Shown: piece after piece, positions 1 to 12,999 of the stretch
Numbering within the stretch: the stretch's first letter is position 1
How the letters are laid out: the number at the start of each line of letters is the position of its first letter
Assembly: GCF_023055435.1 (NCBI RefSeq)
Contig: NW_025963857.1
Location: 29,016,001-29,080,000, forward strand
Origin: Haliotis rufescens
Lineage: Eukaryota
Direction: 5' to 3'
DNA length: 64,000 nucleotides
Notes under the pieces: model-generated
Told to the model about the DNA's origin: nothing
Seen by the model: only the letters and a program-made list of their open reading frames with translations
The model's database searches: none
Position numbers and translations under genes: made by a program

Positions 1-460
1 TGTTCAAGTGGTTTTAGGGTACACAGCAATGCCAAACATACAACAATGTTGTTTATATGTTTTGACAAGACCTGATAAACGGCCAGGCAAAAGAAAATTT
101 ACATATGAAAAACAATGGATTATAAGAATGTTAATAGGCTGAAAACAGACGACTAAACACTGCAAACTTAAGGTCGAAAACACAACTGTGACACCCGTAT
201 CAAACAAATCACCATCGAATAATTCTTTCTTGTTTGTTTCCCGTTTAGCCGTCATCAAACATTAGTGCATGCTTGCCCTGCAGTTTAATATATTTCACAT
301 GTCACACTTACTTCAACATTCAAGTCACGGCTTATGAAGTGCAATTTGCCTTGATGTGGACTATATCACAAATCTATAAAATTCTCATCACGATTCATTG
401 TAGGGTAGATTGAATGCGAAATAAAAAATATTTAAGATATTTTTCGACAGTGATCTCGCG

Positions 461-600
461 TTTTACCTTTACAGATACTGCAACCTTGGTGAGCACACGG
501 GGTATACAGGGACTCACTTCCTGGTTGAGCCCACCCAACACTGATCATGATCACGCAACACGGAGTTGCTGTAGGGGAAGAGGTATGTGATCACGTGACA
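461..600 (-). promoter_or_regulatory. Promoter/first-exon cassette (likely serves a gene left of the window)
   Basis: Donor AAG|GTAAAA (466), ETS CACTTCCTGG 515-524, E-box TGATCACGTGAC 588-599 (other box degenerate); flanks homologous to 38400-39590. Confidence 0.6.
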
Positions 601-1399
601 CATGTAACCTGACGTTATCAGTTTAGAGCTGTCAATAGCGTTGTCACCCTACGGTAGATTATTTATATTGAAATTCCACAAAGATTTATTGCTGTGACCT
701 CGGCCTGATATGGCTGAAATATTGCCGATGTGACGTTAAACTTTAACTCAGTCACTCACTATTGTAACCTGTAATTGAAATGTATGTCAAAACTAAAACA
801 AGTGTCTAGATAAACATAAATCTTTAATGAACATCTCCGCCTTAAGAACGACTAAGCGATTGTGAATGCATAGATGCTAAAACGTTGAATGTAGGAGTTT
901 AAAACTATGATCTACAATGTGCGTTTAAGCTGTATCTAAATGACAGTTAAACATAGGATAACAAATGCGAAAGTTGACACAAATGATCTCATGTGAGCCC
1001 AGATATAAAGTAAATCAATGCTATAAAAATTGTAGATACTTTGATAGGGGGCCTTTAAAGTAAAACAGACGAAAGGTGTAGATTATGTGGATGCTCCAGA
1101 GGAAGGGGTGGGTTGGATGGGGTGGTCTGGGGGTAGTCAAACTGCATACAAATGGATTATTATTTGAGTATGTTGTTGTTGCTATGATATAGCCCTAATA
1201 TCCTTATTGTAAACCCAATCACTCACTCGCTCGAGTTTCTCTGTCAAACAGATGTAAATGGTGGAGTGATCAGCATCTCGCGATACGGGAAATGAGTACT
1301 GAGTGGGTATGCTAAGTTCAATTAACTTGTAAGTCACCAGTAGTATCAAGGAACCACTTTATTGACAAGAGGATACAGTAAAATTATTAATTTTCTAAA

Positions 1400-2688
1400 A
1401 AGAGCAAGATAGACCGGATCCTTGAACAACTTCCACTCATGTTAAGCCACATGATACATAAACCTGATCACCCATTCTAAATGTGTTAACAAACTGTTTT
1501 CAGGGAATATTTTAAAGGAAGTGCATAGCGTAAGATCAACCCAGGAATATTTCGGTCCCGAAGAGACGCAAATGCCGAGAGATATTGGTATGGCGAATAT
1601 GGGCGCTTCGCAGGGCCAACATTTCACGTCCATCCGATGACAGTGGCAGGACTCATGCATCGGTACAACCAGGGAGGACACACCGGGGACAGGCCAAGGA
1701 GTGGTAGACCATGTGTCATGATCCCCCGAGATGACCGCTATCTGTGACCTTTGTATCTTCGCAACCGTTTTCATGACGGTGAGTTTTAGGTCGCAGCATC
1801 AGCCAATACACTGTGACAAGAAGACAACGTGCTGCTGGGATTCGGGCCTACAGACCTTACGGTGGCATGACCCCGACCCAGTCGATGGCAGCGACGTGAT
1901 TGGCAGACGATGCTCGTCAATGATGAGTTAGATCCACCTGTTCAATGCAGATGGAAGAATCCGGGCGAACCGACGAAGAGGAGAGAGATAAGCTACAGGA
2001 TACGTCCAGGAGGAACAGTCCTTTAGTAGGGGAAGCATTATGGTCTGGGGAGATATGCAGTGATATGAAAACATGTCTTGTTATCCATGGAAACCCAAAT
2101 GCCCAGAGCTACAGGGATGAAATCCTTCAACCTGTTCTCACCCCCCTTCTCCGCCAGCAGTTTCAGGGTGTTTGTTCCAGCAATATCATGCTAAGACCAT
2201 ACTGCCCTTCTGACGCAAGATTCCTGGTAATCACGATCTTGGATCCTGACCGGTTTTGCCTTGGCCAGCCCACTCGCCGGATCCATCGTCAACTGAACAC
2301 CACTTGGATCCCTTTGACAGGCAGGTCGGAGAATAGCTCCAGCATCCCACAGCTCTGATTGAGCTTGAACGTGTCCCAGTGGTAAATAGAAGCCAGATCC
2401 AAAATGACAAATGTCAGCAATGAGACGGTGGATGTTTGCCTATCCACTCTTGGATTAATGAACTCGCTAGATTATTTCACATGTAAATTCACTTTATGAC
2501 CCCTCAGTTGTTTACATGCCTTGGACGTTTCTGTATGTAACGTCATCTTGGTTGTTTTCTTTATCACGTTCTCACACAATATTTAGATTATTGTTCAAAT
2601 ATATTGTACATTGTTACCATACGTGTTTTGATTCATTTTCTTACCATTTTAGATGATACTTGGTTTCTTTTGTTCGTCATTTTATATA
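1400..2688 (+). mobile_element. Degenerate Tc1-like transposon
   Basis: Frameshifted remnants (GNPNAQSYRDEILQP; WPAHSPD at ~2262); terminal gtttcttttgttcgtca. Confidence 0.7.
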
Positions 2689-2691
2689 TGT

Positions 2692-2806
2692 AGTGGTTCC
2701 CGGGTTTGATCCCCCAAATTGGTACACTGTGTTTAGCCCATTTCTGTTGTCCCTACCCGTGACATTGCTGGAATATTGCTAAAAACGCCGTAAAACCACA
2801 CTCACT
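2692..2806 (+). mobile_element. 5'-truncated SINE family 1 (duplicated with the unit at ~28465-28581 and ~62155-62270)
   Basis: B box plus body plus actcactc tail. Confidence 0.75.
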
Positions 2807-3095
2807 CTTTGATAACAGAGATACATTAAATGGAAGGGAACAATGAACTTTTCTTGAAAAATAAATTCCCCAATATATACCGTTTTGATACTTAAATCTG
2901 GCCAAGAATCGGCATTCAATATATTATAATTTCATACTTTGACGTTAACACTGTTTCTTTCATGCTGACTGGCTGAAGGGGTAGTCACGTGATCTGATAT
3001 TTGGAGTTCACACATCTGTGAAAGGACAAAAAAAAAGTTCACACGATGTGAACATTTTTGTGTGAAATTGATCGTGTGAACTTTTGCCGGAACTA

Positions 3096-4265
3096 CGAGG
3101 GCCATTCAATCTATAACCAGCCTAAGCTATTTATCAGATCTTAACGGTTGCATGTTTGTCACGTGCTGTGCACCAATGTATGTCACGTGCATAGACAATG
3201 TTTCACTGAGGAAATTGTATTTGAAGTCACACACGTGATCTATAAAGATGGCAAGGGTAGATTCTGCCAAATTTTCGTCAACGGTTGAATACAGGGCTGT
3301 TATTAGGTGCCTCTACTTAAAAGGGAAACCGGGAAAGGAGATACATGATGAATTGTCAGATGTTTATGGTGACGGTGCACCTTCGTATGCACAGGTCAAA
3401 TTCTGGGTTGCAGACTTTAAGAGGAGTCGGGTGAACCTGGAAGATGAGCCACGCCCTGGCAGGCCTGTAGAGGTGACCAATGACCAAACCAGTGAAGCTG
3501 TGAGACAACTGGTTGTCAAAGACAGGCGAATGAAGGGGTCAGAAATGGCCAAGGCCTTGGACATTTCAGAGGGAAGTGTCCATACCATTTTGCATGATCG
3601 TCTGGGTATGAGGAAGCTGTCTGCCCGATGGGTCCCGAAATGTCTGAGTGATGATCAGAAGGCTGTACGTGCGTCAATGTGTCAGGCACTTTTGACGCAA
3701 TACAGTCGGGATGCAGACAACTTTATGGAGAGAATTGTTACTGGTGATGAAACCTGGGTACACCACTATGACCTAGAAACCAAAGAACAGAGTAAGCAGT
3801 GGACTGGCTTTGCTTCACCCCGTCCCAAAAAGTTTAAGACTCAACCATCGGCTGGCAAAGTCATGGCAACCATCTTTTGGGATACCAAAGGGGTCTTGCT
3901 CATTGACTACTTGCCACGTGGCCAGACTATTACTGGAGAGTACTACTCCGATCTCCTGGACCGTTTGCGGACTGTTATTCTTGCCAAACGTCGTGGAAAG
4001 ATCACAAAAGGTGTGCTGCTCCAACATGATAATGCCAAGAAGAAGAAAGAACTGCGTGGACGTCATTTCCGGTCCGTGGATGAACTCACGACAGCAGTGG
4101 AGGGGTGGTTACACGAACAACCCCATGGTTTCTGTCACAACGGGCTTTTAGCTCTCACAAATCGCTGGACAAAGTGCATAGACCTCAATGGTGATTATGT
4201 GGAAAAAGAAGAAGTGAGGAGCAGTAGCAAATAGGTTTTGCTGGTTATATATTGAATGGCCCTCG
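3096..4265 (+). mobile_element. mariner DNA transposon, internally deleted
   Basis: 26-bp TIRs (cgagggccattcaat[c/a]tataaccagc, 1 mismatch) at 3096-3121 and 4240-4265, flanked by TA duplications. Confidence 0.95.
3248..4234 (+). CDS. mariner transposase lacking the third catalytic Asp region
   Basis: N-terminal HTH domains, WVPKCL, TGDETW and HDNA motifs present; jumps from HDNA to KKELRGRHF with no YSPDLAPxD motif. Confidence 0.85.
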   Translation: MARVDSAKFSSTVEYRAVIRCLYLKGKPGKEIHDELSDVYGDGAPSYAQVKFWVADFKRSRVNLEDEPRPGRPVEVTNDQTSEAVRQLVVKDRRMKGSEMAKALDISEGSVHTILHDRLGMRKLSARWVPKCLSDDQKAVRASMCQALLTQYSRDADNFMERIVTGDETWVHHYDLETKEQSKQWTGFASPRPKKFKTQPSAGKVMATIFWDTKGVLLIDYLPRGQTITGEYYSDLLDRLRTVILAKRRGKITKGVLLQHDNAKKKKELRGRHFRSVDELTTAVEGWLHEQPHGFCHNGLLALTNRWTKCIDLNGDYVEKEEVRSSSK

Positions 4266-5556
4266 TACTTTCCGGGGGTTCCCCGAATTCTCGATCTGTG
4301 TTTACGATCAACTCGTTTTTCTATTTTCTTTTTAATACCTGCATTTATCAGCAATATGATTAATTTAGTATTTTTGCCTGGTCTTGCAACATTTCATTTG
4401 ACTTATAAATAAATAAATGCTTTGGTTCTGGTGATTGATGTCGTCTAGCTGGTTGATGAAACAAAATGGATTGTCCTTGCGGTGATTTGGATATGGAATG
4501 GCTATCTTTCAATACTAATTACGCAAGTGAAGAAAATTAATTCTGTAAAATTACTGAGGTGAACGAAATTGATTTATTGAGCGATATTGACTTTGATGCC
4601 TTGTTTTCGGAAATGGCAGAAATCTAGCACAAATGAAAACAATGTCGTTCCCTGCTCAGATGTGGCCGCTGACACAGAGCAAACGCGATTGCTCCTGATC
4701 AATCCCAAACTAAAATCCGATTTACTATCGTATCGCGGAAAGAGATCTAAGATTTTGAGAAACCATAAAACATAAAAAAGGTAAGGAAAGGAACTCAAAT
4801 TTAAAACAAAAACAAACTTGCCTACCTGTTTTATCGATTGGTCATCGGAGATGAGAAAATATCCGTAGACGCAATTAGAAATCTACTATTCCGGTTTCTG
4901 AGTTGGCCGACCTTCTCCGTGCATTCTCGGCCGAGAAGCAGCGGCACATGAGGAGTGACGGGGCGCAGTAATGAAGCTGGCATCAGGTCATACAGTAGGT
5001 CCATCTCAGGTGACAAGAAACACCAGCTAAGCAAAGTGTTACATCACACACGACAAATCCCAAACTCCAAATATAACACACCCTGACGTTGAAAATTAAC
5101 ACAAAACACACGTTTCAGAGCACTCGGTTCAATCCCCACCAGTCCATTCCGCATCGTCCGAATCGGTTTGCGATTATCCAAACACAAGCCACACATTAAT
5201 AATCGGGGATATTCCCAATTTGCTCGTGCCATTAGAGGGTTCACTGGTCGCGGTGTTTTCCATAACTGCTCCATCAACGTCATTTTCAACAGCAGAAAGT
5301 ATAAATTTCATCCTCATGTTCCCGTTCGACTCGAAATGCACCTCTTTACAAACTTATGTGACGTCATATATAAATCCGGTTGATCGGTGCATCGAGGTCA
5401 TGTTTATATTTTTGTTCAACTTCATGTAACCTATTTTTAAGCTTTGATTTATCCCAAATATTGTTTGTAAATTTGTTCAGAGAATGAAATTATGTTGACA
5501 TATTTCTAGATTATGACAACGGTTTCTACCTAGTATTACGCCTTACTTTGACGTTT

Positions 5557-5721
5557 GGGCGGTCGGGTAGCCACGTGGTTATAGTGTTCGCTCGCCACGC
5601 CGAAGACCCGGGTTCGATTCCCGACATGGGTACAATGTGTGAAGCCCATTTCTGGTGTCTCCCGCCGTGATATTGCTGGAATATTGCTAAAATCGGCGTA
5701 AAACTATACTCACTCACTCAC
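5557..5721 (+). mobile_element. tRNA-derived SINE family 1
   Basis: A box/B box (GGTTCGATTCCC), (ACTC)n tail, TSD-like TACTTTGAC; empty site at 28815 and 62500. Confidence 0.85.
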
Positions 5722-6202
5722 TACTTTGACATTATGTAAACGGGTGCAAATTTCAAATAATAAAGATGGATTGTAAAACGAAATCGGTTTTATCGTGACC
5801 ATGTGTATATTGGCCAGAGAGGTTATGACATTTTCTGTTACAATATGCAAACAAGTATTCAAGGTTAATACCCACATGATACCAAAAGAATCAAAGCCAA
5901 TTATTTGTTTCCAGAATGACAAGGAACAAATAAATTCAGCCATCAAGGTAAACGTCCATTATACTCCTTTAGCACATAGTTTCTCCCCACACAATATACC
6001 TGTGTATGTATCCGACATGAATGAAGACGCTACACCTTAAGCAGCGATGTCTGATGTCAGCTGTTATATATCAAAGTAGTGTGTAGAAATAGACACAGCG
6101 TTTAACGTATCATTTGTAAACACTTCATTAACCCTTTGTATATAAAAGCGACAAAATTAATTCATACTCATAATGATCAGTCCACGGTTCGGAAACACTT
6201 TC

Positions 6203-6462
6203 GACCGCCTCCGTGGTCTAGTAGAAGAGTGTCCGCCCGGAGAGAGGAAGGTTCGGGGTACGACCTCCGGATGTGTCATACCAAAAGACGTCAAAAGATG
6301 GTACTTCTTGTTGCCCTGCCTGGCGCTCTACATTGAGAGGCTACAATAAGGACTGGTTGGCTCGGAGTCAGCATACTGTGTCTGAGTGGGGCATTCATGT
6401 GAACCTATAAACTCGGCGTGAATTCAGACTAGTACAAGCACACAGAGAGAGACACACAGAGA

Positions 6463-6535
<73 letters not shown>

Positions 6536-6605
6536 TGTTGCATGCACGTCGCTATTTAAGTGCAATAATCTTGAACTCGACGTTGAACCCCATTTCACCT
6601 GGCCG
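6203..6605 (+). mobile_element. tRNA-derived SINE family 2 with internal (GA)n (paralogs 29303-29575, 62870-63090)
   Basis: gaccgcctccgtggtctagt head, gtcataccaaaagacgtcaaaagatggtac body, aacccnatttcacct tail. Confidence 0.8.
6445..6532 (+). repeat. (GA)n microsatellite
   Basis: Direct observation. Confidence 0.95.
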
Positions 6606-8619
6606 CAACTCATAAACACTTTCACACTGATTGACACTGATACTGACATATCAGCTGTTAATGCACAGACGTTGAATTAATACTGACTAGACCAACACAG
6701 TGCCGATATGGTTACATCATGAATGTGTGTGCGTAAAATATGCTTAGGAAGAAGGAAGACAGCTTGGAATAATAGAACAAAGAAACTACGCTGTTATATG
6801 GACGTCGCTTTATCAGTGCAATAATCTTGGACGCGACGCTAAACCCAATTTCACCTCACCTCGTGCTTTCCTCCGGCATCAAACTGATTCACCATGATAT
6901 AACTGATATAATGTTCAAAGAGGCGTTAAAATCAATTCACTCACTAACTCTGTTCCTCAACTGGACAGTAATCTCTGCCACTACTGATTACAGATAATGT
7001 ATACATTTGAAGATGCTTATTGCATTTTTTATTGAATTGATTTTCACGCTTCGTCCAATGACCACCACAAACGACGACTTCCTGTTTGCAGTGGTAGTTA
7101 GTAGTCACACGGGAATTGATCAAGTGTAAATGAGTAAACTAAACACACGAAAAGGACAAATACGTGCATGTTGTTAATCAAATGCAGAAATATATCTTTC
7201 TGAGTCCACCTAAATAAACACAGGCGTCGCAATAAATTTATAAACTTATATCTCAGACATTTTAAATAACAAGGAAAGACAGGATTGAAAAAAAACCATT
7301 AAACATTTTAAATTAGGTATAAATGGTTTGTTTATTTACAAGTAGTTCCATCATACTCACATGTCACTGAATTGATTGATTAATTGTCATTAATACCGAA
7401 AGTTACAAATGCAAACAACAAAGTTCATGTATTCCAAGTCATGGCCATGTCATTCGAAATTCATGTAAATGTTGATAAATTTCTATTTGAACTATAAGCA
7501 CTGGCATTAAAGGTAATTTCTGACAACTTATAGTGGGAGCGATACATGCAGAAGCCATCTGAACTGACGAGCAATAGAAACCTAGTATATACTTCTACAT
7601 GTTTTTTTGGTGTTAGATATAATTTGATTTAAAACTTTTAAAATAAAATTAAAAATTGAAAAATGAAATCGCATAATACACAAGAGGTTATGAGTATCTC
7701 GAACATCTCATCTTTGAAAAACAATAAATTTGTTTACAACATTTCAAACATGATAGGGGCCATGTGGTTGCAAATTCATTTCTTGCGTCAGTCTTCACTG
7801 AATTTGTTTACACAAATTTACCCAGCAACAGATGACGTTTTACACACTTTTGCAGGAATGAGTGATGGCTGAAGAGCAATGCTCAAACTTAACAACAGTT
7901 CTTTACATTTTCAATTACAAAAAAACCCGATCGGTATACCTTCCTTTGTCCCTCTGATTATTATTCATCCCAGCTAAGCGTACACCAAAGTTATTTCACT
8001 TTATGTTGCGCAATGTCTATACGTAAAGTATTTCCGTTTATAATCAATTAACTGGGCTTTTGACAGATAATCAATGCGAATAATGTTATACACCCTTAAT
8101 TCATTCTATAAAATAAGGTGATAAATCGAGACATAATGTTATTGATAATCACAGTGGATGAATATTTACCTCTTGGATTCTACGACGAGTAACGAAACGT
8201 TCAACTCTAAAGAATCAGGGTAGAGTTATTCTTGACCGCGATCGAGACATTTTGCCATTCGATCCCCCTTTTGTAATCTTTCCTGATAAACAAGGGAACA
8301 CGATACTGCCCCTCAGTTTTTAGTAATAAACCCAAAAGTGTTTCCTGTGTAGTGTATGTAATGACTTTATACTCACGCTCTTGGACATACATATATGTTT
8401 ATCATGCAAGATTAAAAGACAACCCACTTTTCCGAGATCACAGTGTAAATATAACTATTCGTCTCTGTAACAAAGTATACCGCGTTGACGCTTTTTGCTC
8501 TCAATTCTACAAAATAACATATTTTCCGCCATCATTACAACCATTTCACCTCTTTCATGTGTGATTTTGTCTTCCAAATGCGAACCACTGGACTGATTGA
8601 ATAACTATCGCAGGAGTAA

Positions 8620-9148
8620 GGTGAGGTGAAATTGGGTTTGGTGAGTGAGTGAGTATGGTTTTACGCCGCTTTTAGCAATATTCCAGCAATATCACGGCGG
8701 GGGTCACCAGAAATGGGCTTCACACATTGTACCCATGTCGGGAATCGAACCCGGGTCTTCGGCGTGACGAGCGAACGCTTTAACGCTTTAACCACTAGGC
8801 TACCCGACCGCCCGGGTTTAACGTCGCGTCCAAGATTATTGCAATATAGCGACGTGCATGCACGTATGTGTGTGTCTGATTTTACTTGTCTGGACTGATG
8901 CCGATTTATAGTGATAGCTCGCTGAGATACCATGCCGCAGTTTAACATGAAGACTCCACACACAAACAGTATACTGACTCAGAGCCGATCAGTCCTTGTT
9001 GTATAATTCGCCCCTTAATGTCGAGCGCCAGACAGGGTAACAAGAAGTACTATCTTTTGACGTCGTTTGGTATAACGCGGCCGAGGATCGAACCCCGGAC
9101 CTTCCGCTCTCCGGGCGGACAATCTACCACTAGACCACGGATGCGGTC
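8620..9148 (-). mobile_element. SINE family 2 in the 3' flank of copy A (paralog 31372-31662)
   Basis: Reverse-complement match to the 6203 element. Confidence 0.8.
8641..8813 (-). mobile_element. SINE family 1 nested in the tail of a family-2 SINE
   Basis: Full-length copy flanked by GGGTTT. Confidence 0.85.
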
Positions 9149-9393
9149 CTATCGCAGGAGTCATATGTAGGGATCGGGTGAAGTGATGTTGAAACAATCA
9201 GTTGCAAGTGTACCTGTCCCTCACTCACAGTGTGTTCTCAACCCATCTAAACGCACGTCAAACACAACAGTCGTTGTCCCCAAAAGTAATTCCCTCCCAT
9301 GTCCGGTTCATTCAGCACAGTTTTACAAGCAGTTTGGCTATTTGCAATCAATTAGGTCTTGTATACAGCGTATGTATGGCTCACAGCTAGCTT

Positions 9394-11570
9394 CTACACG
9401 ACAGAGTAATGTGTATCTATTTCAGTCAATCCTTCACAAAAGGTGAATACTTTCACATGATCATCGCTGGTAACGTAAAGCAAGCCATCATCATCCAGAC
9501 AGATACCAAGAGGACACTCAAGGCGATCATGTTGTGTGAGAACATCTCTGACAAACTGCCCCGACTCTGTCAACTGAATCACCCTTTTGGTGTCTCTGTC
9601 TACAAGCAGGATATCTCCTGTGCTGCTTGTTGTGACCCCCCAAGGACATTTCAGAGCTTTGTCTCCTGAAGGGGTGTAGGTGAAAACAACTTCACCATCA
9701 CAGGTCGCAGATACCAGGGATTTTACTGCAGCATCACTGAATATCAAGTTGTTATTTCTGGTGACATGAATATAGGATGGGTTCTTTATCACACCTGTGT
9801 TGATAGATTTAAGAACATTCCCTTTCATATCCAGCACGTCAACAGAGGCACGACTGCCGATACCACCTGCTACCAGTTGTGAAGAGTTCAGACAGGCTAA
9901 CCCATAATACTTCCTCTTTGTCTTCACAGTTGACACTTGTGTGGGCTTAGTGTTAAAGCTGATGAAAGCTATTTGTTTTGTGTCTGGCAGAGTAACAGCT
10001 ACCCGAGCTCCACCAACCTTAGCTACTTGCTTTGGACCAGTGGGAAGATCGAGACATTTCTCGAAGAGTCTTTTGTTTGAAGTATAATATGCACGAAGTC
10101 TCCTATAAAAACTGTCTATCACAACAGTTACCTTAATACCATCAACAACTAATACTGCAACATCAAACAAAACCTTTGAAAAAGGCTGAATGCCCCCCTG
10201 TCTGCTATAGTCTATTGTTTTCAGGAGAACAGGAGAAGACGTCCGGTCACACAGACCTCCAACAACCTTGACCTCCCCCAGCTGCACCTCATCCACATAT
10301 CTCCTCAGTTTATCTGTGTCATGTGTGAAGAAAATGGTGGATGGTATTGGTCTCTTGTCCTCACTTGTGTCCTCATCTCTGGATGCTACAGCCACAGTCT
10401 CATATATATCATACATGTCTGCTACACAGTGTGACGTCACGGCTTTGTCTATGAACTCATACCGCTGCTGATGCATCTGGAGCTCAATCTCCTGGAACTT
10501 TCGGTGGGCTTTCCATTCTTCAATACGTATCTTAGTGAGTTGGTCGATACGATCCAGCAGTTTCTTTTCTTTTTTCAGAAGAACGTCTACAGCTGCCATA
10601 CGTACTTTCTGAACTTGGTCTTTCATCTCCCGTGCGTTCGTCGATAGCCTTTCAATTTTCGAATTTGTTGAAGAAATATTATCAGTGTAAGTGTCAATTT
10701 TTTTCTCTTGGTTTCTAGTTTCAGTTATCAGACTTTCTTTTACAAGAGGCGTTATTGTATCTATGGTTTCAACATCATCACACTTCCTGTGTTTGATACT
10801 GCAACATACAGTACAAATTGCCATCCTGCAATCTTTACAAAACAGTTTTATCTTCTCATCCTTGTGAATTCTGCACATAAAGCTTGATGCCATTGGTTTC
10901 TCGTTTCTATGGATACGTAAGTCAATCACTTTATGGTCACGTAACCGTGGTATCTTCTTGTGTAACTGGAGACACCCATCACAGAAGACATCGTCACAAA
11001 TGGTGCACCACATTGTACCTTGAGTTGTCTCCCCATCATCTTTGCACATGCTACAGGTACCTAAACATAAAGCACAGCGTGTTACAAATAATGCAATTTC
11101 TAGAAAACATACTCACATACTACAACTTTTAATACATACTGTATGTTTACGGGCCATAGTTGTTAGGTGTATAAATGTCAATATAAACTTCGAACTCAAT
11201 CCTTCTCACTTTAATAAATATAAAAACTGCATTTCCAATACCTTGGGGTGCAAGACATGAAAACGTTTCAAAATTCTCTACCTGACGATTCCTCCAAATC
11301 GTCCATCAGACTCTGTATAATGTGGTTTGGTTTCAGCTGTCTGACCCACTCCTCTACTGGTCTAGCAGGGTTGGCCACCTTCGTCAGCTGTCTACAGGAG
11401 GGACATGGAATAGACTTGGCTTGAATTGCTTGAGGCTGTGTTTTGGTGTATTTCAGCAAACAGGACTTACAGAAAGTGTGACTACACTGAAGTGTGGCAG
11501 GGTCTGTGAACACTTCTGTACAGATGACACAGGTCAGATGGTTGTCCGTCAATTTCTTTGCGGTAGCCAT
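9394..11570 (-). CDS. TRIM E3 ligase copy A (RING-Bbox-Bbox-coiled coil-NHL-like propeller); join(11570..11282,11060..9394), 651 aa
   Basis: C3HC4 RING (CVIC..CSHTFCKSC..CPSC) in a 289-nt exon; phase-1 GT-AG intron 11281..11061 (TCAG|GTAGAG ... TGTTTAG|GT) joins in frame to B-box1 (CTICDDVFCDGC..H), B-box2 (CRIH..FCKDC..ICTVC..H), coiled coil and repeats such as PWGVTTSSTGDILLVD / PLGICLDDDGLLYVT; acceptor TTTCTTTCCATCAG|AA directly precedes the ATG. Confidence 0.93.
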
Positions 11571-12495
11571 TTCTGATGGAAAGAAATAGTCCGACCTAGC
11601 TATGAGTTTATAAAAATATATTTCATGGTGCTAAGTATCTCCAATGATCTATTCTTGCNNNNNNNNNNNNNNNNNNNNNNNNNNNNNNNNNNNNNNNNNN
11701 NNNNNNNNNNNNNNNNNNNNNNNNNNNNNNNNNNNNNNNNNNNNNNNNNNNNNNNNNNNNNNNNNNNNNNNNNNNNNNNNNNNNNNNNNNNNNNNNNNNN
11801 NNNNNNNNNNNNNNNNNNNNNNNNNNNNNNNNNNNNNNNNNNNNNNNNNNNNNNNNNNNNNNNNNNNNNNNNNNNNNNNNNNNNNNNNNNNNNNNNNNNN
11901 NNNNNNNNNNNNNNNNNNNNNNNNNNNNNNNNNNNNNNNNNNNATACANNNNNNNNNNNNNNNNNNNNNNNNNNNNNNNNNNNNNNNNNNNNNNNNNNNN
12001 NNNNNNNNNNNNNNNNNNNNNNNNNNNNNNNNNNNNNNNNNNNNNNNNNNNNNNNNNNNNNNNNNNNNNNNNNNNNNNNNNNNNNNNNNNNNNNNNNNNN
12101 NNNNNNNNNNNNNNNNNNNNNNNNNGTTCAGCTGCAGGTCCTGTGTCCAGTACAATGGTATATTGATAAAGGGACATAACTCTTATATTCATATACAAAT
12201 TTGCGACGCTTGTATAAACACAGCCACCACTGCATTAATCTGTTCACATTTGGATTCTAGAAACAAACACGTGCGACATATGGTTACGTCGTTTTGAAGA
12301 GACCTAACTGTACATTCAACATCTGTTAACATGTTACACTTATTTCAACCTGCAAGTCAGGCTACTTTCGTTATTGAACTTCAATTTACCATGATGTCGA
12401 CTATATTTCAAATATATGGGTGGTTTTAACAGGAGCCTGTGTGCAATGAATCCGAAAGCAACATATTCCAGTTACATTTTAACAGACATCTATCG

Positions 12496-12632
12496 TGTTA
12501 TCTTCACAGATACGCAACTTGGACGAGCACCCGGGTTAGACTGTTTTTCACTTCCTGGTTGTTGCCTCAGACCACACTGATGATCACGTGACAAGTTCAA
12601 GCCATCGGGGAGAATGTATGTGATCACGTTAC
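12496..12632 (-). promoter_or_regulatory. Proximal cassette of copy A (donor mutated GT>AT)
   Basis: AAG|ATAACA at 12501, ETS 12549-12558, TCACGTGA 12584-12591, second box TCACGTTA 12624-12631. Confidence 0.6.
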
Positions 12633-12999
12633 ACGCGATACCCGTAAACTGTGATACGGTTTCTCAGATCTGTTGTGAGCAGTCAGCAGATATATCATGT
12701 TGTGAGTGTTTATTGTGACGACACATTTTGGAATAACAAATACAATGGTCCCAATACAATGTCATATGTGAAGTACTGTGCGCCATGTTCAAATACTATA
12801 ATATATAAAATACACAGTACAATCAATCATTCAAATTATATTTGCAATGAATCACTTTATAAATAATTGTTTTCTGTTGAAATAAAAAGAATAAACAAGC
12901 TGTTGCTTTGTTCTTAGCATAGAAAATGTCAATTCTAACAACAAGTAAACTGTAGAAATTATACCTTCTTATAATGCGCGCTCCAAGTCAGAAGACATT

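Larger units (their letters stand above)
2926..5493. mobile_element. Putative non-autonomous DNA element hosting the mariner
   Basis: Absent from paralogous sites (~28705, ~62393); terminal inverted ATAATTTCAT / ATGAAATTAT. Confidence 0.4.

Noticed and set aside
5557-5630. tRNA genes at the heads of repeated elements
   Set aside because: Followed by SINE bodies, simple-repeat tails and TSDs; no convincing complete cloverleaf
5710-6040. Short ORFs conserved at 5710, 28862 and 62531
   Set aside because: Conservation equals that of the duplicated spacer; stops differ between copies; no recognisable motif
11623-12297. ORFs made of X residues (also ~15400, 26600, 34200, 37800, 60500, 63400)
   Set aside because: Artefacts of N-masked simple repeats
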